The notes below the pieces were generated by a model that did no database searches, was not told the DNA's origin, and saw only the letters and a list, made by a program, of their open reading frames with translations. Of a DNA stretch of 64,000 bases, positions 58,327 through 64,000 are shown piece by piece. The translations under genes and the position numbers were made by a program. Source of the DNA: Clostridia bacterium. Its GTDB lineage: Bacteria > Bacillota > Clostridia > UMGS1883 > UMGS1540. The stretch lies in the NCBI GenBank assembly GCA_045533905.1, contig JAZSIR010000012.1:1-64000 (forward strand). Direction: 5' to 3'. Positions within the stretch are counted from its first letter, which is position 1. Every line of letters starts with the position of its first letter.

Positions 58327-59295
58327 CTAGTTGTTTTCAAAAATTGTGGAGGGGATATATATGGTCGCACTTTCCGGCTTCTTTCCGAGGAGAAGTGCGT
58401 CCAGCGCCGTGCGTGCGGCGCGGCAGCCCATTTCATAAGCGTTACTTACGGAAAGGAGGCGGATTCTTCCATTTTCGATGTACTCTGCATTTGCCTTTGG
58501 ATTTTCATAGCCGATGCAGACAATATCATCCGAAAGCTTCAGCTTCTGGAGCGCAAGGCAAACATAATGCGTAACGCCCGTAGCACAGTAGAGACAGTCG
58601 AATTTCCCAAGGTATTGGGCTTTTATGGCGCGTGCAATCACCGAAGCGGAAGGCGCGGAAATATCTTCGAGTTCAATATTGCCGACAATTTCGGCACCGT
58701 TTTCAGAAATGGCGCGGATGAACCCGTTTGTGCGAAGCTGTGCGCCGAGGCCGTTATGTACGTGCAGTACCAAAATTCGCTTTTTCTGCGGAAAAACAGA
58801 AGAAAAGGTTAGACCAAGCTGGAAACCATCATCATAATGATTGCCGCATATGGTGGCGATTTGGGGCGTAGGGAGCCCGTCACTTACATATACAATCGGT
58901 TTTTCTGCCGCAAGTGCTGCGATTTTTGCCTGCACGGAAGGCGCGGAGGCGGGTGCCACAATGATAAGGTCAAGGTCTCTGACATAGTCAATGGCATGCA
59001 CACCTTCGTGCCCGGAGCCGAGCGAAGAGAAAAAGGCAAAATGCGCATCTACAGAAGCGTTAAGTTCTTCTTTAATGCCACGGTATACAGAATCCCAGTA
59101 GTAAGAAGGTTTTGCGGGCAAAACAATACCGACAGACGGTTTTTCGCCTGCCGCAGCTCTTGGCAGCGCATCGGGTGGGGCGGCAGCAAACACCTTTTCG
59201 CGCGTTTTTGCATCCACACCGCGCTTGTGGTATAAGGCCTTGTAAACAGCCGAAGCACTGATATCACATTGTTTTGCTAATTTGTTCGTATCCAT
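58327..59295 (-). CDS. LacI family transcriptional regulator
   Basis: LAKQCDISASAVYKAL..GV..TREKV HTH followed by a periplasmic-binding-like domain. Confidence 0.8.
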   Translation of the reverse strand: MDTNKLAKQCDISASAVYKALYHKRGVDAKTREKVFAAAPPDALPRAAAGEKPSVGIVLPAKPSYYWDSVYRGIKEELNASVDAHFAFFSSLGSGHEGVHAIDYVRDLDLIIVAPASAPSVQAKIAALAAEKPIVYVSDGLPTPQIATICGNHYDDGFQLGLTFSSVFPQKKRILVLHVHNGLGAQLRTNGFIRAISENGAEIVGNIELEDISAPSASVIARAIKAQYLGKFDCLYCATGVTHYVCLALQKLKLSDDIVCIGYENPKANAEYIENGRIRLLSVSNAYEMGCRAARTALDALLLGKKPESATIYIPSTIFENN

Positions 59296-59490
59296 AACTA
59301 TAGCATATCAAAAGAAAGCAAAGGATGTATATATTCGATTTTACCAAAAAATATCTCAATTTTTATGCAGTTTGTATATGTAAATACAGCCTGAAACCCG
59401 ATATAATAAAAATAATCGGAGAGGTATAAAACTTTCTGCCGATATTCTGACAGAAAACAGAAAATTTTAAATAAGAAAGGAAGAAACACA

Positions 59491-60804
59491 ATGGGTAAAT
59501 CCACAGATTTCAGGTACAACACCGGTGCGGCAAAGGTGCCGTGGGCGGCAGTCGGCGAAAACTACAATGTAGAAGATCTTATGCAGATTGTCGAATTTTT
59601 AATGCAGGGCGAAGGCAAGGAATATGAAGATGCCGTAAAAGCAGTCCGTGCGCAGATTGAAAAGCTTGACAAGGTATCCACACCTCCCGGAAAGCTTTCT
59701 CTCGGTTCGAAGGTAGAAGCTGCCGAACAGGCTTGTGACGAATACCTTGGCATCAGCGGCAGTGCTTTCGTTGCAAACTGCACCGCAGGTTTTGAAATTG
59801 CTTATAAGTATGCCAATATCGGCCCCGGCGATGAAGTTATCGTTCCGGCTATCACATTTGTAGCTACAATGGCTTACCCGCTTGCAGTAGGTGCAAAGCT
59901 TGTATTTGCTGACGTTGACCCCGTTACCATTAACATGGATCCGGCTGACGTTGCCCGCAAAATCACTCCCAAAACAAAGATGATTGTTCCCGTACATATC
60001 GGTGGCTACCCGGTAGATATGGATCCGATTATGGAACTTGCAAGAAAGCACAACATCGTAGTTTTAGAAGATGCTGCACATGCTTTCGGTGCTCTTTATA
60101 AGGGCCGCAAGGTAGGTACTATCGGTGACTTTGCAGGCTTTAGCTTCCACGAAGTTAAGAACATCACCTCCTTCGGTGAAGGCGGTATCTTAACCACTAC
60201 AATTCCGGGCTTTGCAAGCGAAATGAAGCGTGCACGCTTCCTCGGTCTTGATTTCAGCGCTCCGATTAAGAACTGGCTCTACAATATCACTCCCATTCCG
60301 GGCAAAGAAAAGCCGTTCGTTGCAGGCAACAGCTCCACAACTGAAATTCAGGGTCTCGGTCTTTCTTTGCAGCTTGCAAGAAATGAAAAGATCATTGAAG
60401 AAAGAAGAGCCGCTGCAGCATACCTTACCAAGCGTTTTGCAGAAAATGATGCAATCATTCCGCAGCAGCTTGGTGATGAAGGCACAAAGCCGACATTCCA
60501 TCTCTATCTCCTCCAGATCGATCCGGAGAAGGCAGGAGGCAATATCCAGACTCTGAAGAAGAAGCTGGAAGAAAAGAGCATTACAAACATTCCGCACTTC
60601 GGTCCTCTGTACCGTTTCGCCATTGTACAGATGATGGGTTACGATTCTGACGAAATCGCAAAGACCTGTCCGGTATGTGAAGAAGTATTCTACAACCGCT
60701 TCACACACCTTCCGCTTTACGGTCTCTCTGAAGAACAGCTCACATACATGGCAGACACTGTGCTTGAATGTGTTGCTGAAATGCAGGCAGAAGCAGGCAA
60801 ATAA
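59491..60804 (+). CDS. DegT/DnrJ/EryC1/StrS family PLP aminotransferase
   Basis: GPGDEVIVP..TFVA, EDAAHAFG, FSFHEVKNITSFGEGG. Confidence 0.93.
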   Translation: MGKSTDFRYNTGAAKVPWAAVGENYNVEDLMQIVEFLMQGEGKEYEDAVKAVRAQIEKLDKVSTPPGKLSLGSKVEAAEQACDEYLGISGSAFVANCTAGFEIAYKYANIGPGDEVIVPAITFVATMAYPLAVGAKLVFADVDPVTINMDPADVARKITPKTKMIVPVHIGGYPVDMDPIMELARKHNIVVLEDAAHAFGALYKGRKVGTIGDFAGFSFHEVKNITSFGEGGILTTTIPGFASEMKRARFLGLDFSAPIKNWLYNITPIPGKEKPFVAGNSSTTEIQGLGLSLQLARNEKIIEERRAAAAYLTKRFAENDAIIPQQLGDEGTKPTFHLYLLQIDPEKAGGNIQTLKKKLEEKSITNIPHFGPLYRFAIVQMMGYDSDEIAKTCPVCEEVFYNRFTHLPLYGLSEEQLTYMADTVLECVAEMQAEAGK

Positions 60805-60814
60805 TAAGAACACT

Positions 60815-60848
60815 AAAAAACCGGAAAGGCAAGCCTTTCCGGTTTTTT
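60815..60848. terminator. Bidirectional terminator
   Basis: AAAAAACCGGAAAG-GCAAGC-CTTTCCGGTTTTTT. Confidence 0.9.
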
Positions 60849-60860
60849 GTATTCACGGGG

Positions 60861-62108
60861 TTATTGTGCGCGTAGAAAGCGCGTCCAACCGCGCAGCGCC
60901 AAAATGCAAAGTGCGAGACCGCCAAACGCGGCAAACATCCACCCAAAGAGTGCGGCGTTCCAGCCAAAAGTTTCCGAAATTGCACCAATGCCGTAAGTAG
61001 AGAGCGCGGTTCCCACATATGTAAAGGCATTTAGTGTGCCGGTGAGAGTGGAAGCTTTCCCGTACTTTGAGAAATGTGCGGGAATGGTAGTTATAAGCAT
61101 AAGGTTTGCGCCGTACATCGCCGATGTAATGATAGTGCCAAAAAGAAGGCTTACGATGGGGCTGTTTCCCGAGAATAACCATATTCCAAGGCTTCCTAAA
61201 AAAGCGGCCATAAAAAAGGCGATAGAGGTTTTCACATCATTTCGAAAAACACGGTCGTTTAAGTATGCGGCAAAATACAGGGAAAGCATACTGAAAATGG
61301 GCATTACCACAGTAGAGAGGATGGAGACGGCACTATCCAAATGATATATGTCCATAATAAGTGTCGGCATCCAGGTGGTAACACTGTCTTTTAAAATCCC
61401 GTGCAGTAAAATAGCCCCCGCTAAAAAGAAAATGCCGGAAGTTGCCAGAAGTCGAAGTGAAAAGCCTTCCTTGGCTTCTTCGGTATGCACGATGGTTTCG
61501 GATTCGTACTCTCCGAAACACTCGCGATGCTTTTCGATGCTTCGCATCCCGAAAAACCAAAAAAATGCAACCAGTATTCCAAGTCCTGCTGAAAAGTAGA
61601 ACACAAAGCGCCAATCGAATGCGGCAATACAAAGAGAAGAAAGAAGATATACGGCAATTGTTCCTGCACTGTTTGAGGTAGAAACGCGCACAAGCATTTT
61701 CGATAAATCCTCGCGGCGGTAGTACTCGGTAAAGATTCGAAGCATTGGGGGCCAGAGCATGGCCTGCGCCAGGCCGTTTGCACACCAGAAAATAAGCTTC
61801 GTTTCATACGCCGAAAAAACGGACATACAAAAATTACAAAGCGCCGTTGTGATGAGACCGTAAAACATCACAAGGCGAGGGGAAAAACGGTCGCCCAAAA
61901 TACCGCTTACGATTTGCCCGAGGGCGTAGGTAACAGAGGCACCGGTTGCGATAAGACCGGCGTTTGATTTGCGAAGGCCTTCTCCTGCAATAATTTCAGC
62001 CATAACCGCACCATAACTGAGCCGCGATACGTATCCGACAAAATATACAAGCCAGGAGAGAAAAAGCAGAAAAAACATATACCGCTGATTTGTGAGTTTT
62101 TTCATCAT
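60861..62108 (-). CDS. MFS transporter (OPA/GlpT-UhpT-like)
   Basis: YALGQIVSGILGDRFSPR, NGLAQAMLWP, WRFVF; about 12 hydrophobic segments. Confidence 0.88.
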   Translation of the reverse strand: MMKKLTNQRYMFFLLFLSWLVYFVGYVSRLSYGAVMAEIIAGEGLRKSNAGLIATGASVTYALGQIVSGILGDRFSPRLVMFYGLITTALCNFCMSVFSAYETKLIFWCANGLAQAMLWPPMLRIFTEYYRREDLSKMLVRVSTSNSAGTIAVYLLSSLCIAAFDWRFVFYFSAGLGILVAFFWFFGMRSIEKHRECFGEYESETIVHTEEAKEGFSLRLLATSGIFFLAGAILLHGILKDSVTTWMPTLIMDIYHLDSAVSILSTVVMPIFSMLSLYFAAYLNDRVFRNDVKTSIAFFMAAFLGSLGIWLFSGNSPIVSLLFGTIITSAMYGANLMLITTIPAHFSKYGKASTLTGTLNAFTYVGTALSTYGIGAISETFGWNAALFGWMFAAFGGLALCILALRGWTRFLRAQ

Positions 62109-62199
62109 AAGCTCCTTTGAAAACAATTTCTCCAACATTATACCATGAAGGAAAATAAAGAGCAAGGGAAAAGTTTACAAATCGTTTAAAGTCTTCATC

Positions 62200-62228
62200 T
62201 TGACATTTTTTTGAAAGAGAAATATAAT
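62200..62228 (+). promoter_or_regulatory. Consensus sigma-A promoter
   Basis: TTGACA-N17-TATAAT. Confidence 0.8.
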
Positions 62229-62263
62229 ATAGGATATAGAATTTTTGGAAAGGGAGGAGAAGT

Positions 62264-64000
62264 ATGCTCAAAAAACTTGCCGGCTCTATACGGGAATTTA
62301 AATTGCCGACGATTTTGACGCTCCTTTTCATTGTGGGAGAAGCGGTGCTTGAAACGAGTATTCCGTTTATCACTGCAAATATGGTAAATCAAATTAAAGA
62401 GGGGGCTGCACTATCTGCCATATTGAGGACGGGAGGCATACTTGCCATTATGGCTTGTGTTTCGTTAGCATTTGGCGGTATTGCAGGCTATACTTGTGCC
62501 AAAGCCTCGGCCGGCTTTGCAAAGAATTTGCGGCATGACCTGTTTGACCGTATTCAAAACTATTCCTTTGAAAACATCGATAAGTTTTCATCCTCCTCGC
62601 TTGTCACACGTCTGACGACAGATGTTTCGCACGTACAGATGGCGTTTATGATGCTCATTCGCACGGCGGTGCGCAGTCCTCTTATGCTCACGTTTTCCGT
62701 CATTATGGCCTATATTATGGGCGGCAAACTTGCACTTTCTTTTGTGGTCATTATCCCTGTGCTCGGCGTGGGTCTCTTTTGGGTGGGTAAAAAGGCAATG
62801 CCGGCATTTCGCCGCGTTTTCAAGAAATACGACCGCCTCAATGAGTCTATCGAGGAAAACGTGCGCGGTATGCGTGTTGTAAAAGGTTTTGCCCGCGAAG
62901 AATATGAAAAAGAGAAATTCGGCGTAGCGGCCGAAAATATTCGGGATGACTTTACACGTGCAGAGCGCATTGTGGCGCTTAATACGCCGCTGATGAACTT
63001 CTGTATGTATTTTAATACGGTATTTGTTCTGTTTGTGGGCGCGATGCTTGTTATCAAAAGCGGCGGCACAGACATTGATATCGGTCAGATTTCCGCAATG
63101 CTTACGTATGGGATGCAGATTTTAATGTCTCTTATGATGCTTTCCATGATTTACGTAATGCTCACCATGTCCGCGGAGGCCGCAAAGCGTATCTGTGAGG
63201 TTTTGGACGAGGTGCCCGCACTCACAAACCCCGAAAATCCTGTGACGGCGGTTTCGGATGGTTCTGTGGATTTTGAAAATGTAAGCTTTAAGTATTCTGC
63301 AAAAGCCAGGCGTTTTGCACTTTCAGATATTAACCTTTACATTCGCTCGGGACAAACTGTTGGGATAATTGGCGGTACGGGGTCGAGCAAATCTTCCCTC
63401 GTACAGCTTTTGCCGCGCCTTTATGATGCAACGGAAGGCGTGGTGCGCGTAGGCGGGAGAGACGTGCGCGAATATGATTTAGATTCCTTGCGCGGTGCGG
63501 TGGCGACGGTGCTCCAGAAAAATCTCTTGTTTTCCGGCACCATTCGTGAGAATCTGCGTTGGGGCAATCCCGATGCTACCGACGAACAAATGACAGAAGC
63601 GTGCAAAATGGCGCAGGCGCACGAATTTATTACATCTTTCCCCGATGGGTACGATACAAAAATTGAGCAGGGCGGCACAAATGTTTCCGGCGGCCAAAAA
63701 CAGCGGCTTTGCATCGCCAGAGCTCTCCTGAAAAATCCAAAAATTTTGATTTTAGATGATTCTACAAGTGCTGTGGATATGAAGACCGACGCTCTCCTTC
63801 GTCACGCGCTTAAAACATATGTGCCCGAGGTTACAAAAATCATTATCGCACAGCGTGTGGCTTCCGTAGAAGATGCCGATGTGATTATCGTTATGGAAAA
63901 CGGCGGCATTGCGGCTTCGGGAACACACCAAGAACTTTTAGAAAGCTGCGAAATTTATCGTGAAATCTATAACCAGCAAACGAACGGGGGTGGGGAAGAT
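62264..64000 (+). CDS. Multidrug-type ABC exporter, TMD-NBD half transporter (runs off the window end; absent from the ORF track)
   Basis: GGAGG RBS; MLKKLAGSIREFK.., SSLVTRLTTD, degenerate Walker A GGTGSSKSS, NVSGGQKQR, LDDSTSAVD. Confidence 0.92.
   Translation, partial: MLKKLAGSIREFKLPTILTLLFIVGEAVLETSIPFITANMVNQIKEGAALSAILRTGGILAIMACVSLAFGGIAGYTCAKASAGFAKNLRHDLFDRIQNYSFENIDKFSSSSLVTRLTTDVSHVQMAFMMLIRTAVRSPLMLTFSVIMAYIMGGKLALSFVVIIPVLGVGLFWVGKKAMPAFRRVFKKYDRLNESIEENVRGMRVVKGFAREEYEKEKFGVAAENIRDDFTRAERIVALNTPLMNFCMYFNTVFVLFVGAMLVIKSGGTDIDIGQISAMLTYGMQILMSLMMLSMIYVMLTMSAEAAKRICEVLDEVPALTNPENPVTAVSDGSVDFENVSFKYSAKARRFALSDINLYIRSGQTVGIIGGTGSSKSSLVQLLPRLYDATEGVVRVGGRDVREYDLDSLRGAVATVLQKNLLFSGTIRENLRWGNPDATDEQMTEACKMAQAHEFITSFPDGYDTKIEQGGTNVSGGQKQRLCIARALLKNPKILILDDSTSAVDMKTDALLRHALKTYVPEVTKIIIAQRVASVEDADVIIVMENGGIAASGTHQELLESCEIYREIYNQQTNGGGED

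Overview
Chromosomal segment of a spore-forming Clostridia-like bacterium (Bacillota); spoIVA, spoVM, yunB, a dacB-like gene and an ispH-rpsA fusion support this placement. Most of the window (about 6.1-64 kb) is roughly 50% GC by eye and is housekeeping: ecfA1/A2/T-truA, cmk-plsC-ispH/rpsA, murA-yycJ-coaD-lplA, three tRNAs, hisS-aspS, secA-prfB, iscS-thiI-pncC, a type IIA topoisomerase A subunit, trmL and radC. Three parts stand out. (1) Positions 1-6100 are an AT-rich array of unrelated same-strand genes. Nearly every stop codon is followed by a copy of a shared motif (TTTT..CT.AAYYTRACAYRAAC), and one junction holds a 312-bp non-coding, four-hairpin element bounded by inverted copies of the motif core. 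This suggests a cassette-capture system that is not a classical integron. (2) An RpiR-linked nine-gene sugar catabolic operon combines an SqvD/SftI-like isomerase, a YihV-like kinase, a class II aldolase, IolB, a mutarotase and an FGGY kinase with an alkyl-DHAP-synthase-like flavoprotein, an Fe-S protein and a fused ETF. (3) A solitary DegT aminotransferase sits between a LacI regulator and an MFS transporter. Also seen: a frameshifted LRR surface-protein gene, prfB without its programmed frameshift, and an unannotated 23-aa spoVM. All family calls come from motif recognition by eye; no database searches were run.
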